NCBI GenBank assembly: GCA_964016885.1
Contig: OZ024740.1
Location: forward strand, 211,544,001-211,608,000
Length of the DNA: 64,000 bases
Origin: Eledone cirrhosa
Lineage: Eukaryota
Direction of reading: 5' to 3'
Shown: positions 13,004 to 27,095 of the stretch, piece after piece
Position numbering within the stretch: position 1 is the stretch's first letter
Layout of the letters: the number at the start of each line of letters is the position of its first letter
The notes under the pieces: model-generated
Databases searched by the model: none
What the model was told of the DNA's origin: nothing
What the model saw: the letters and a program-made list of their open reading frames with translations, nothing else
Position numbers and translations under genes: made by a program

Positions 13004-13039
13004 TCCCCCGTTGATGGGCGTGAGCCCGAAATATTGGGA
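13004..13039 (+). ncRNA. Minimal type I hammerhead-like motif, core variant
   Basis: UCCC-CCGUUGA-U-GGGC-GUGA-GCCC-GAAAU-AUU-GGGA: stems I and II perfect, palindromic stem III, core differs from CUGANGA at two positions. Confidence 0.6.
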
Positions 13040-13192
13040 TTAAATCTCTACTACGGTAACCCTTCTACCTTTGTTTTGTTTTCATCTTTGTCTCTCTCAA
13101 TTTTCACTTTCACCTGTTTTTCCTATCTATATTTCACTTCCTACCTCGAGATTTCCCTTTGCATTGTTGTGGCTTTCTTAAATACGTATTTT

Positions 13193-13224
<32 letters not shown>

Positions 13225-13280
13225 CTTACATACATACGTACATATATATATATATATATGTATATATATGTACATACATA

Positions 13281-13570
13281 AAGGATAAAGGATAAAGTTC
13301 CCATAGCTCCTTGTGGAGTTGTAGAGGCACCGTCATGCGGTGTCTAGGGCACTTTTAAACCTGGTGGATCCAACTCTCTCTAGGTCTGAACACAGCCAAT
13401 TTTTTTCTATAGAGGAAGAATCAACCCCAGTACTGGACAGGTACTTTCTTTATCGACCTCGAACGGATGAAAGGCAAAGTTGACCTCAGTGAGATTTGAA
13501 CTCAGAGCGCACAATGAGGTAGGATGAATACCATACAGCATTCTTTCTGACGCCTTAATGACTGCCAATT
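13281..13570 (-). mobile_element. tRNA-derived SINE, same core as the dominant SINE but a different 3' tail
   Basis: Core ATCGACC..GGATGAAAGGCAAAGTTGACCTC..GATTTGAACTCAG joined to a tail ending (CCTTTAT)n on minus; same tail at ~18190-18370 and ~9365-9543. Confidence 0.75.
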
Positions 13571-13574
13571 TGAT

Positions 13575-14550
13575 GCCAACTTGTTTGTTGGCTATGTCGA
13601 AGCCCAGATCTTCTCCCAGTATGCTGGACCGACTCCTGAGCTATACGGTCGTTTTATCGACGACTGTATCAGTGCCACCTCTCTATCACGAGAACAGCTC
13701 GAATGTTTTCTTTCTTTTGTCCAATCTTTCCATCCTGCTCTCAATTTCACCGCCTCCGTCTCTGATTTTTCTGTCGCTTTTCTAGATATCTCTCTATCTA
13801 TTAATCACTCTCACCACACCCTCTCTACTTCCATCTTCATTAAACCAACAGACTCCCACTCTTACCTCGACTTCACCTCTTCCCATCCAACCCACACCAC
13901 ACACTCCATACCCTATTCCCAATTCCTCCGTCTTCGTCGGCTCTGTAGCCAGGACGACGATTTTGAAACCCATTCCCTTCGCATGGCTTCCTGCTTCATC
14001 CAGCATAGATATCCCCTCCACCCTAATCCAAGCTGCTCTCACCCGTGCCCGTGAAACAGACCGCACCACAGCCCTCTCACCTCACCCCTGCCCTCCCAAC
14101 ACCTGTGTTCCTTTCCCTCTCACCTACCACCCCATCACCCTACCACTCCGGCGACATATCCTCCGTTCCTTCCGTATCCTCTCTTCTGACCCCGTCACTT
14201 CTCACTTTTTTCCAAACCCACCCATTACTGCTTTTAAGCACGCCCGCAACCTCCGCGACCTCCTGGTTCACAGTTCCTTTTCGTCCTCTCCCACGACTCC
14301 ACCCGGTTCTCATCTTTGTTCCCATTCCCACTGCAACGCTTGTCCTTTTATTTCCACCCTCACCACTCTTACAGGCCCTAAGGGGTCTTTCCGTCCCCTC
14401 AATCTATCTTATTTCTCATTCTTTCTTCTGATGAAGGACCAGCGTCCGAAACGTTAAGACCCTCTTCCTGCTATATCAAGCGTTAACCTAATACATCCCT
14501 TCCATATACTGTACCGATTGTGTTGTTATTTCTGTTTACCTTTTACATAC
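13575..14550 (+). mobile_element. Penelope-like element (Neptune-like) fragment: RT C-terminus/thumb, linker, deletion of GIY-YIG, 3' terminus
   Basis: YGRFIDD, VAFLDI, IKPTDSHSYLDFTSSHP, SIPYSQFLRLRRLCS, RNLRDLLVHS, CSHSHCNACP; 3' end matches 35815-35970. Confidence 0.88.
14424..14459 (+). ncRNA. Minimal type I hammerhead ribozyme (PLE-associated)
   Basis: UCUU-CUGAUGA-A-GGAC-CAGC-GUCC-GAAAC-GUU-AAGA; canonical core, self-complementary stem III. Confidence 0.85.
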
Positions 14551-15517
14551 ATATACATATATATATATATTCTGTAAATGTTGTTGATGTTAGGAAGGGC
14601 ACCCAGCCATAGAAAACCTGCCAGATAGTCCTATACGAGCGAGACGTGGTTACCTGATCAATCTTGCGTCAAGTGGGACAATTCCCATCTAACCCATGCT
14701 AGCGTGGAAGATAAACGATGATGATGATGATGATGATGATGATGACATATATATATATGTATATATACACATATATACACGCACACACATATATACATAT
14801 ATATATGATTTTGATGATTTAGTGTTTAAGAATAAAACCTTATGATAAAAGAAAATTAAATTTTAAAAGGGAGGTCCCCGCCAAGGGTGTGTGGTCCTAA
14901 GCAATAGCATATTTAGATTATAGATAAATCAAGGACTGTTTGTGCCCTTCACTAGGCAGATTTTTAGTTGACTTTTCTTTATCTTACATAATTATCTCAA
15001 ATAATATCAAATCTATTATATCTTGATATATTTATTTTGAGAACAATGCTTTAACATCAGTATGAGTGGCCAGTTATGGCTGGTTTAAACAGAAAGAGGT
15101 GAGAGAATTTTGGCTGGATATGGCCAGTTTAAATGTTAAACGATCAAATGGTGACGATGAATATTATGTAAGGATATTAGAATATAAGGACCCAATAAAC
15201 ATGATATGAAATACATTATCCTGCAGTGATGTGCACAGAAAATGCTGTCTTCAGATACAACAGCCTGGCAGAAGAGTGTGCACAAACATGTGCTGGCATA
15301 TATGTATGGCATCTCCCTCACCACCACCAATTAAATCCATTTAATGGATCACATGCCTATATCAATAAATAAATGTTTGGTTATGATATGGCAGCTAAAA
15401 TGATGTGGACATATATTTACACTGCGATAATGATGAGGGGGGGGGCTGTTACTTATGCTGATGATAATACTACTAAGGCTACTAATGTAGCTGCTACTAC
15501 TACTACTAGTACTGCTT

Positions 15518-15584
<67 letters not shown>

Positions 15585-15699
15585 GACTACAACTACTAAT
15601 ACTACCAATTAATAATAATGATTTCTACTATAGGCACAAGGCCAGCAATTCTGGGGGGGGGGGTCGATTAAATCAACCCCAGTGAATATATATATATAT

Positions 15700-16550
15700 A
15701 TATATAAGTACACTAAGCCACAAAAGGTTTATCTCTAAAAATGAAAGGCAGATTGTATGATGCTTGTATACAAACAACAATGTTACATGGCAGTGAGACA
15801 TGGGCATTGTGTGCAGCGGACCTGCGCAGATTGGAAAGGAACGAAGCATGCCTGCTCCATTGGATGTGTAATAGTGCACAAATGGCAAAATATAAACGAA
15901 CTAAGTGAGAAATTAGGAATAAAAGTGATCAGATGCTGTTTACTTGAGAGAAGATTGTGTTGGTATGGTCATGTGATGCACATGAAAGACGACAGCTGTA
16001 TAAAAATGATGGAAACTACGGAGTAGGTAGACCCAGAAAAACCTGGGAGGACATGATAAATTCCGACCTTGCACACTTACATCTCTCTAAGACAATGTCA
16101 CTGGATCGAGATCTTTGGCGCCACGCAGTAATACAGAACACCTGCTTTCCTTACGTACAAAGTTAACCTACAGTCAGTATGCACCTCTTAACCAAATATA
16201 CACCCCAACCCCCTATCCCTACTCCATCATCCCACTCCCACCAACACCACCCTTTCTCTGTAAAGTTATGTTGGTACCACAACATCCAGTCCAAAATAAT
16301 GAGGTTGTCTAGGTGTTACGACAAAAAGCACCCAGTCCACGCTGTAAAGTGGTCATGTAGGAGACACGGTAAAAAGGCTCTCAGTCCACACTGTAAATAT
16401 GGTTGGTGTTAGGAAGGGCATCCAGCCGTAGAAAATCTGCCAGATACAGTCCTATATGAGCGAGACATGGTCACCCAATCAATCTTGCCACAATTCCCAT
16501 CTAACCTATGTTAGCATAGAAGATAGACATTAAATGATGATGATGATGAT
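15700..16550 (+). mobile_element. RTE-clade LINE (family 1) 3' fragment
   Basis: RLCWYGHVMHM, GRPRKTWED, family 3' UTR, (GAT)n tail. Confidence 0.85.
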
Positions 16551-16667
16551 GAAATACACATGTATTATCTGTATTACTTGTACATTATATAACTTCTTAT
16601 ATAACTTCCAGGGGATCCAGAACCCTATCTGAGATTTTATCGATTATATTGATTTTAATCAATCAGA

Positions 16668-17487
16668 GATTGAGAGGTGCAACTGGGCAATGTCAGCATT
16701 TATCACCTCATCCCAGGTCTTCCTGGGTCTCGCCACTCCATAACTCCCATCAACTCTGCACCTCTTGATACAGCTGTCATCCTTCATATGCATCAGATGT
16801 CCATACCAATGCAATCTCCTCTCCTGCATACTGCATCTGATTCCACTTATGCTCAGTCTCTCTCTCAATTTGTTTATGCTTTGCCATTCACGTATATTAC
16901 TATTACACATCCATCAGAGCATGTAAGCTTTGTTTCTTTCCAACCTACGCAAGTCTTCTGCACACAGCACCCAGGTCTCACTACCATGTAACATTGCTGT
17001 TCGTATGCACGCATCATACAGTCTGCCTTTCATTTTGAGGGAAAAGCTTTTTGTAGCTAGCAATGGTAGCAGCTCCCTGAACTTCTTCCATCCCATTCTT
17101 TCTCTGGCTACTGTACTTTCAGAACACCCACCTCTGCTGCTAAGATGGTCACCCAGGTAGCAGAAACTGTCTACTGTTTCTACCAAGCCTTCCCAGAATT
17201 TGATAGTACTTGTTTCCTGAGGTCGTTTGCTGCTTACTGTCTCGGTGCAACTGCTACATGTAAAGCCTACATGTTTAGCTAAACTTCCTGGGATCCTGCT
17301 ACAACACTTGTGTACCCATAGTTTGCATTTTGGGCAGAGGACCAAATTTCTACCTACACCTTTCCTACATACTGAGCAAGGCCATTTCTCTGAAGGAACA
17401 TGGTTCTGTTTTCTCTTCTACTTACTAGGACCTTAGTCTTTGTCAGATTGATTTTAAGACCTCTTGTTTCTAGGCCTTGCTTCCATG
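16668..17487 (-). mobile_element. RTE-clade LINE (family 1) internal fragment
   Basis: CPKCKLWVHKCCS, FCYLGD, MLHGSETW, RLHWYGH; homologous to 22200-22990. Confidence 0.88.
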
Positions 17488-17516
17488 TTATATATATATA
17501 TATATGTGGAACTAAC

Positions 17517-17622
<106 letters not shown>

Positions 17623-17684
17623 GTTAGTTCCACAACAACTTAGCAAACCATCCCCGAGGACGTGTGTTTCAGCCAATGTATTCT

Positions 17685-17739
<55 letters not shown>

Positions 17740-18189
17740 CGAAGGAAATGTGGTAAGGAACCAGGTGGACCATAACGCACCAAAGTACTCAATACTTGGG
17801 GTAGTAGAGTGGGTAAGATATATATATATATATATATAGTTATTAAAGGAAACAAAACAAACACAGGAATGCAAAAATACACAGTTATATTAGTTTCATG
17901 CTTGGAGGAAATGGAGGAAAATGCTAATTGCCTTATGAAAGAACATGTATGACTGTTCCCCAACTTGGAATAGGTTAGTGTGGAGTCTGTAGCTTATACT
18001 ATAGAGGGGACCTAAATTAAAAAATAATATATATGCGACATAAAGGTCAACAACAATATAGTGCTAGAGTATAAAGCACTTAGTGTGGGGGCCCTTAAAA
18101 ATGTGGATCTCGCTGGTAGCAAATGTTACTAGGTTCATCCATCACCGACTATTGCAAATATCCTACTTTTAGATGGTATGGACTTGCAA

Positions 18190-18510
18190 CTCCTGAGGTA
18201 ATTGTAGAGGTGGCATATTGAAATACGGTGTCTTTTAGTGCATTTTAAAACCTGGGGGAGCCCATCTCTTCTCCAGGCCTGAATACAGCAGATTTCTTCC
18301 AGAGAAAGATAGAGAGTGTGGGAACGGAAGTGATAAAGAGATATAGAGGAAGAATCAACCCCAGTACTAGACGTAGTTTTTTTTATCGACCTCTAATGGA
18401 TGAAATGAAAAGTTGACCTCGGCAGGATTTTAACTCAGAGAATAGAGAGCCAGAACAAATACCTGAAGGCTTTCTATCCAACATTCTAACAACTGTGACA
18501 ATTCGCCACT
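18190..18510 (-). mobile_element. tRNA-derived SINE (alternative-tail type)
   Basis: Homologous to 13281-13570. Confidence 0.7.
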
Positions 18511-18647
18511 AACAATTTTTTTAGACAAAAAAAAACAAAGAAACAAATAAAAATGTCTGACAGTTTCATGTAATCCAATGACAAGTCATTGAGGACTAAA
18601 CTAACTGTAAAGAAGTTTTATTGAACCAGTCAAAGGTTTTCAATTAC

Positions 18648-20862
18648 AAAGACTTCAATTTAAACTAAGACCTGATTTGACCAGACTTCAATTTAAACTA
18701 AGACCTTACTTAACCAGACATCAATTTAAACTAAGACCTTACTTAACCAGACTTCAATTTAAACTAAGACCTTACTTAACCAGACTTCAATTTAAACTAA
18801 GACCTTACTTAACCAGACTTCAATTTAAACTAAGACCTTACTTAACCAGACTTCAATTTAAACGAAGACCTTTCTTAACCAGACTTCAGTTTAGACTAAG
18901 ACCTTACTTGACGAGACTTCAGTTCAAACTAAGACCTGATTTGACCAGACTTCAATTTAAATTAAGACCTGATTTGACCAGACTTCAATTTAAACTAAGA
19001 CCTTACTTAACCAGACTTCAATTTAAACTAAGACCTGATTTGACCAGACTTCAATTTAAACTAAGACCTTACTTAACCAGACTTCAATTTAAACTAAGAC
19101 CTGATTTGACCAGACTTCAATTTAAACTAAGACCTTACTTAACCAGACTTCAATTTAAACTAAGACCTTTCTTAACCAGACTTCAGTTTAGACTAAGACC
19201 TGATTTGACCAGACTTCAATTTAAACTAAGACCTTACTTAACCAGACTTCAATTTAAACTAAGACCTTACTTAACCAGACTTCAATTTAAACTAAAAGAT
19301 TACTTAACCAGACTTCAGTTCAAACTAAGACCTGATTTGACCAGACTTCAATTTAAACTAAGAACTTACTTAACGAGACTTCAATTTAAACTAAGACCTT
19401 ACTTAACCAGACTTCAATTTAAACTAAGACCTTACTTAACGAGACTTCAATTTAAACTAAGACCTTACTTAACCAGTCTTCAGTTTAAATTAAGACCTGA
19501 TTTGGCCAGATTTCAGTTTAAACTAAGGCCTTACTTAACCAGATTTCAGTTTAAACTAAGGCCTTACTTAACCAGATTTCAGTTTAAACTAAAACCTTAC
19601 TTAACCAGACTTCAATTTAAACTAAAACCTTACTTAACCAGTCTTCAATTCAAACTAAAACCTTACTTAACCAGACTTCAGTTCAAACTAAAACCTTACT
19701 TAACCAGTCTTCAGTTCAAACTAAAACCTTACTTAACCAGACTTCAATTTAAACTAAAACCTTACTTAACCAGTCTTCAATTCAAACTAAAACCTTACTT
19801 AACCAGACTTCAGTTCAAACTAAAACCTTACTTAACCAGTCTTCAGTTCAAACTAAAACCTTACTTAACCAGACTTCAGTTCAAACTAAAACCTTACTTA
19901 ACCAGTCTTCAGTTCAAACTAAAACCTTACTTAACCAGACTTCAGTTCAAACTAAAACCTTACTTAACCAGTCTTCAGTTCAAACTAAAACCTTACTTAA
20001 CCAGTCTTCAGTTCAAACTAAAACCTTACTTAACCAGTCTTCAGTTCAAACTAAAACCTTTCTTAACCAGACTTTGATTTAAACTAAGACCTTACTTAAC
20101 CAGACTTTGATTTAAACTAAGACCCTACTTAACCAGACTTTGATTTAAACTAAGACCCTACTTAACCAGACTTTGATTTAAACTAAAACCTTACTTAACC
20201 AGTCTTCAATTCAAACTAAAACCTTACTTAACCAGACTTCAGTTCAAACTAAAACCTTACTTAACCAGTCTTCAGTTCAAACTAAAACCTTACTTAACCA
20301 GACTTCAGTTCAAACTAAAACCTTACTTAACCAGTCTTCAGTTCAAACTAAAACCTTACTTAACCAGACTTCAGTTCAAACTAAAACCTTACTTAACCAG
20401 ACTTCAGTTCAAACTAAAACCTTACTTAACCAGTCTTCAGTTCAAACTAAAACCTTACTTAACCAGTCTTCAGTTCAAACTAAAACCTTACTTAACCAGT
20501 CTTCAGTTCAAACTAAAACCTTACTTAACCAGTCTTCAGTTCAAACTAAAACCTTACTTAACCAGTCTTCAGTTCAAACTAAAACCTTTCTTAACCAGAC
20601 TTTGATTTAAACTAAGACCTTACTTAACCAGACTTTGATTTAAACTAAGACCCTACTTAACCAGACTTTGATTTAAACTAAGACCTTTCTTAATCAGACT
20701 TTGATTTAAACTAAGACCCTACTTAACCAGACTTTGATTTAAACTAAGACCCTACTTAACCAGACTTTGATTTAAACTAAGACCTTTCTTAATCAGACTT
20801 TGATTTAAACTAAGACCCTACTTAACCAGACTTTGATTTAAACTAAGACCTTTCTTAATCAA
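18648..20862. repeat. 30-bp minisatellite (~73 units), consensus TTAACCAGACTTCAATTTAAACTAAGACCTTAC-like
   Basis: Exact 30-bp periodicity seen as a 10-aa repeat (LTRLQFKLRPY) in the ORF track. Confidence 0.96.
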
Positions 20863-21052
20863 TCCCCACTAAAAAAGAAACAACAAAAATAAAGCTCCAG
20901 ACTTGTTTCCAATGAAAGTTACAATCTAAACGTTTCTACATTTCTACAATAAAACGAAGGTGAATCTGAGATACTCATAAAATGTGTAATTGTGATATTG
21001 CTGGAAGAGCTAAAAATGGCAGCTAACATCTCCTCACCTCTCTCTCTCTCTT

Positions 21053-21069
<17 letters not shown>

Positions 21070-21084
<15 letters not shown>

Positions 21085-21768
21085 AATGAAATAATAATGA
21101 AAATATTGTGTACAGTGCTCAGGTGCACTACAACTCATCAAAAGTGTATGTATAGTACATAGGGTAATGTACAAACGTCAGGAAAATGAACAGAGCATGA
21201 GTCATGATATACACATGTGTGCATGTGTATGGAAGGGGGACATCAGGTGTAGTTTTGGCGAATTTCGGGAAGCATGAAGGTTTTAAAGGATGCAGTGTCT
21301 CGGCAGCTAACAACTGACGCAGGCAGTTTGTTCCATGCTTCAGCAACTCTAAGTGTGAAAAAATGTTTCCAAAATTCATGGGAGCTGTGCTGTTTTCTGA
21401 CTTTGTAGGCATGTCCACATGTGTTAGACACATGGAGATCAAAAAGGTGCTCAGGGCTGTTGTTGGCGAGATGGTTAATAACTTTGTGGGTGTTTACCAA
21501 GTCCATTGCCAGACGTCGGAGCTTCAATGAATCCATGCCCAGGGAAGCAAGGCGTTCAGAGTATGGTAGGTGTCTGATGGAGGGTATGCGCTTGGTTGCA
21601 CGTCTCTGAACAGTTTCCAGGAGGTCAATGTTCTGAGCAAGATAGGGGTGATGCAAATTCCAAGTGTGGTCGTACCATAGCTGTATAGAGCTTTAAATAG
21701 ATGGCTGGAGAGCGGCTAACAAAGGTCTTGCTGAGTGATGCCAAGACACCCTCGGTCTTCTTGACAAT
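21070..21768 (-). mobile_element. CR1-clade LINE 3' fragment
   Basis: LYTAMVRPHLEFAS, LETVQRRATK, YSERLASLG, FFTLRVAEAWNKLP; AATAAA-like signal and (TAT)n tail. Confidence 0.88.
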
Positions 21769-21781
21769 TATATATATATAT

Positions 21782-24700
21782 ATCATCATCATCACCGTTT
21801 TACGTCCGTTCTTCCATGCTAGCATGGGTTAGACGGGTTGTTCTGTTGTGGGCAGTGTCTGGTCGCTGACCATGCATTGCTCATACAGGAACTGATTTTG
21901 GCTTGATTTCTACAGCTGGATGCCCTTCCTAACACCAACCTCATTTACAGTGAGTGCTGGGTGCTTTTTTTCCGTTGCGCCTACACGTCCACTTTACAGT
22001 GTGGGCTGGGTGCTTTTTTGCTGGGGCACCTCCATGACCACTTTGCAGTGGGAGGGTGTGGGGGCATATTGTCTATATGCTTCACTTGTACCTATGGGAG
22101 GTTGGGTACTCTGTATTACTGCGTAACACCAGAGGTCACGGTCGTGTGTCATCACCTTTGAGAGGTGTAATTGGGTAAGGTCGGCTTTTATCACCTCATC
22201 CCAGGTCTTCTTGGGTCTCCCCACTCCGCGGTTTCCATTGACTTCTAGTGCTCTGCACCTTTTTTATGAAGCTGTCATCCTTCATACGCATCACATGTCC
22301 ATACCAACGCAACCGCCTCTCCTGCACACAGCATTTGATTCCTCTTATGCTCAGTCTCTCTCTCAATTCATTTATGCTTTGCCATTCGCGTATATTACTA
22401 TTACACATCCATCGGAGCATGCAGGCTTTGTTTCTTTCTAATCTATGTAAGTCTTCCACCTTCATTGCCCAGGTCTCACTACCATGTAACATTGCTGTTC
22501 GGATACACGCATCATACAGTCTGCCTTTCATTTTGAGGGAGAAGCCTTTGCAACTAGCAGTGGCAGTAGTTCCCTGAACTTCTTCCATCCTGTTCTTACC
22601 CTAGTTATTGTACTTTCTGAACACCCACCTCTGCTGCTAATTCGGTCACCTAGGTAGCAGAAGCTGTCTACCGTTTCTACAGAGCCCTCCCAGAGATTGG
22701 TAGTACTTGTTTCCTGTGGCTGTTTGCTGCTTGCTGTCCCAGCACAGCTGCTACATGTGAAGCCTACATTCTTAATTAAGCTTCCTGAGATCCCGCTACA
22801 TCTCTTGTGTACCCATTGTTTGCATTTGGGGAAGAGAATGGAGTTCCTACCTACACCTTTCCTACATACTGAGAAAGGCCATTTCCCTGAGGGGATCTGG
22901 GTTCTGTTTTCTCGTCTACTTACAAGGACCTTAGTCTTTGTCAGGTTGACTTTGAGACCCTTTCTTTCTAGTCCCTGCTTCCAAGTTTGGAATTTCTTCT
23001 CTAGTTCTACTATAGATTCAGCTATAAGTGTGAGGTCATCTGCATACAGGAGTTCCCATGGGCATCCTGTCTTAAACTCCTCCGTTATTGCCTGCAGGAC
23101 TATGATGAACAGGAGAGGGCTAAGAACAGAGCCCTGGTGGACACCAACCTGTACGCTAAATTCCTCGCTATACTCATTGCTAATCCTAACTTTGCTGACT
23201 GCTCCCCTATACATGGCTTGTACAGCTTTCACAAGCCATTCATCTACTCCTAGTTTTCTAAGAGTCCACCAGATTATAGCACGTGGAACTCTATCAAAGG
23301 CTTTCTCGAGATCAACGAATGCCAGGTAGAGTGGCTTACTTTTAGCTAGGTACTTTTCCTGTAACTGCCTCACAAGGAAGAGGGCATCAGTGGTGCCTCT
23401 TCCTGGTTCAAACCCAAATTGCATCTCATCTAGTTTCACCCGGTCCCTAATCAACTGTGCTATAACTCTTTCTGTTACTTTCATGACCTGGTCCATCAGC
23501 TTTATACCTCTATAGTTTCCTCTATCTAGTGCATCACCTTTACCTTTGTAGCAATTGACAATGATGCTACTGCACCAATCTTTTGGTATAACACCTTCTA
23601 GTATTACCTGGGTAACAATACGTGAGGTTATAGTGTGACCTACAGACCCAGATGCCTTCAGCATCTCGGCAGCTATACCCGATGGACCGGTTGCCTTCCC
23701 CATCTTCATCTCTTTGATTGCCTTACTTACTACGCTACTGCTGACTTGTACTGCTGGCCCCTCTATAAGGTCTACTTGGGGTAGGGTCTCTTCTTCCCAT
23801 GCATTCTCCTCATTTAGTAATCTATCATAATGGTTCTTCCATGCATCTTTCTTCTCAGCACTTGTGAGGGCAAGCTCACCTTTATCATTCCGGATACACT
23901 TCTCTCCAATGACATCACAATTCTCTCTGACACACTGCCTCGCAATCTTGAACACTTCCTGTTTCTAGTCCTCACGTTGCAAAACATGCTTGAATTTTCT
24001 ATCCTCTGCTTCCCTCCTAGCTAAGTATACTTGTTGCCTAGCTTCCCTCTTGGTCTCTATGCAATGTACCCTGCTCCCCCCATTCTTCCATTCTTTCCAT
24101 GCCTGTCTCTTGGCCTTAACTGCCTCATCTACCTTATTGTTCCACCACCATGTCACTCTCCTCCTGCTTGTGGTCTTACTCCAGCCACAGATCTCATCCA
24201 TCGCCTCTAGTAAGTTATTTTTTAGGAACTCCCAGTGCTCTTCTACATTGAATGTCTCTATCTGTTCTTCTTTACTATCGTAGGCATTGAGTAAAATATC
24301 TTTAAATCTGTTACTGGCTGAAGGGTCTTTCAGCTTCCAGATCTTTCTTCTCCAGGTTGGCCTCTGTTTCCAGGTTCGTCTAGTTCTGACCGTGAGGTCG
24401 CTGACAACTAAGCTATGTTGGGAGGTACATTCCTCACTAGGGAAGGCTTTTGTGTTTACGACCGTCCATCTGTCACGTCCTCTGATGAGGATAAAATCTA
24501 TCTGACTAGAATGCTCCCATGATCTATAGGTGATCAGGTGGTTGTCGGGTTTTTTGAAGTTGTGTTACATATCGACATGTCATTGGCGTCGCAGAATTCT
24601 AGAAGTCTGAATCCTTCTTCATTTCTTGTGCCAACCCCATGGCCTCCATGGACTCTATTGAAGCCGTCACAGTGTTTACCTACGTGTCCGTTAAAATCTC

Positions 24701-25490
24701 CTGCGATGATTAGGAAGTCATTGTCGTTTGTTAGAGCAGTAGTATGCATTAGGGACTCGTAAAACCTATCCTTAAGTTCGTCTGGCAACCCCGATTGGGG
24801 TGCATAAGCTGATATTATTATGGTAATTGTTTTATTCAGGACTAGTCTGAGTTTAATGATTGTTGCATTTATCCTGTACACTGAGATTACTTTATCTACC
24901 CACTTGTCAGCTAGTAGTATACCTACACCACCCATCCCATCATCATTTCCCACCCATAAAATTTGTAGCACTGACTTTTTCCTACAAGGACTCTAGCAGA
25001 CTCTCCTCTCCATCTAGTCTCTTGCACACAGCATACATCAATTTCCTTTTGCTCTAGCATCTCTACGATTTCTCCTGCTCTTCTTTTCATTGTGCTTACA
25101 TTGATGGTACCAACTCGGAGTTTTGGGCATTTGTCAACATTCGTGGGGAAGGGTCGATTTTTGCAGGGGTGTGCGTGTGCTTCCTGTCTCTGAATTGGAG
25201 CTTCACATGGGTGCTTGGTAGCTCGCGGATTCATATTCATTTTCATTTATTAATTCAGAGTTGCTCCATTTATTCTCAGCTCATCCATACATAACGGTAG
25301 GAAAATTCAGAAGAACAGTGGTGGTGGTAATAATGGCAGGGTCTGTTGGGCTGGGACGGGGGAGGAGAGAGGTAGGTAGTAGTAGAAATGGCAGGGTTTG
25401 TTGGGGTTGGTAATGGGTGAGAGGGGGGGGGCATGCTGAGGTTTGATTGGTCGAATTGTGAGGTAGGTAGCCAAATCATCGCAGAGGTTA
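21782..25490 (-). mobile_element. Near full-length RTE-clade LINE (family 1), single EN-RT ORF disrupted by stops and frameshifts
   Basis: APE motifs LRVGTINV, VQETRW, SAYAPQ, AGDFNGHVG; RT motifs FVDLEKAFDRV, HQGSVLSP, LLYADD; Cys-rich insert; (GAT)n tail at 21782. Confidence 0.94.
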
Positions 25491-25940
25491 TATTTAATTT
25501 GTTGGGATTCAACAAGCTTAAACATTTTATAACTGATATAAAGCACTCAACAGTTTAGTGAAAGCGCACCATAATTTGCCTTGAAATATATATAATAAAA
25601 TAATTATGGTTTTATAAATATAGTTTCCATTTATTAATATATTGTATATATATCATCATTCATCATCATCATTCATTTTTACGTCCGCTTTTTCCCTGCT
25701 TGCAAGGGAACTGATTCTGGCTTGGTTTCTACAGCTGGATGCCCTTCCTAACACCAACCTCATTTACAGTGAGTACTGAGTGCTTTTTTTGCCATGGCAT
25801 CTCCACGACCTCTTTTCAGTGGAATGATATGGACCCCAGTCCCTATCATCTCATTTCTACAGCTGAGTAAACTGGAGCAATGTGAAATAAAGTGTCTTGC
25901 TCAAGGAAACAACACATCACCCGATCTGAGAATTGAACTC

Positions 25941-26300
<360 letters not shown>

Positions 26301-26487
26301 AATTAATACAATAACAGAGATAGTTTAAAGCTAATCTCTGACTGGTAACCATCTCACTCAACAAACATTAGGTTATATTTTAATATAAACCCAATTTAAG
26401 TGTTTGGGGTGCTAACAATATGTATTATGTGGAAAAGCCAGTTGTATTATTTTATGAGATATAATTAAAGTTAAAATATATCTCTCT

Positions 26488-26612
26488 TTCCAAACAATTG
26501 TTTCATTATAAGTTTTCTACAAATTCGGAGAATATTTCCAGTTTATGTAGAAGCCTAATATACATTCATGTAAGAATATATTTAGGTGGGCGCTTATAAA
26601 TCATCAGTGGAA
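26488..26612 (-). ncRNA. Type I hammerhead ribozyme with large branched stem II
   Basis: UUCCA-CUGAUGA-U-UUAUAAG-[two hairpins]-CUUAUAA-U-GAAAC-AAUU-GUU-UGGAA. Confidence 0.82.
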
Positions 26613-26712
26613 GCCCAATAAACTTTGATATAAGAAAAACATTTCTTACCACAGTTAAAAATCGTGTCCGTTAAATTGCTCCTTCCCGCATCGATGTGTA
26701 TATATATATGTG

Positions 26713-26747
<35 letters not shown>

Positions 26748-26770
26748 GTATATATATATATATGTATATA

Positions 26771-26957
<187 letters not shown>

Positions 26958-26966
26958 GAAAGGTAT

Positions 26967-27083
<117 letters not shown>

Positions 27084-27095
27084 TATACATATATA

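Noticed and set aside
18677-20077. 466-aa ORF as a protein-coding gene
   Set aside because: It is entirely a 30-bp minisatellite with a non-ATG start and no unique domain.
25250-25490. HDV-like ribozyme in the RTE 5' UTR
   Set aside because: Known for some RTEs, but no nested double-pseudoknot pairing is visible in this C-rich sequence.
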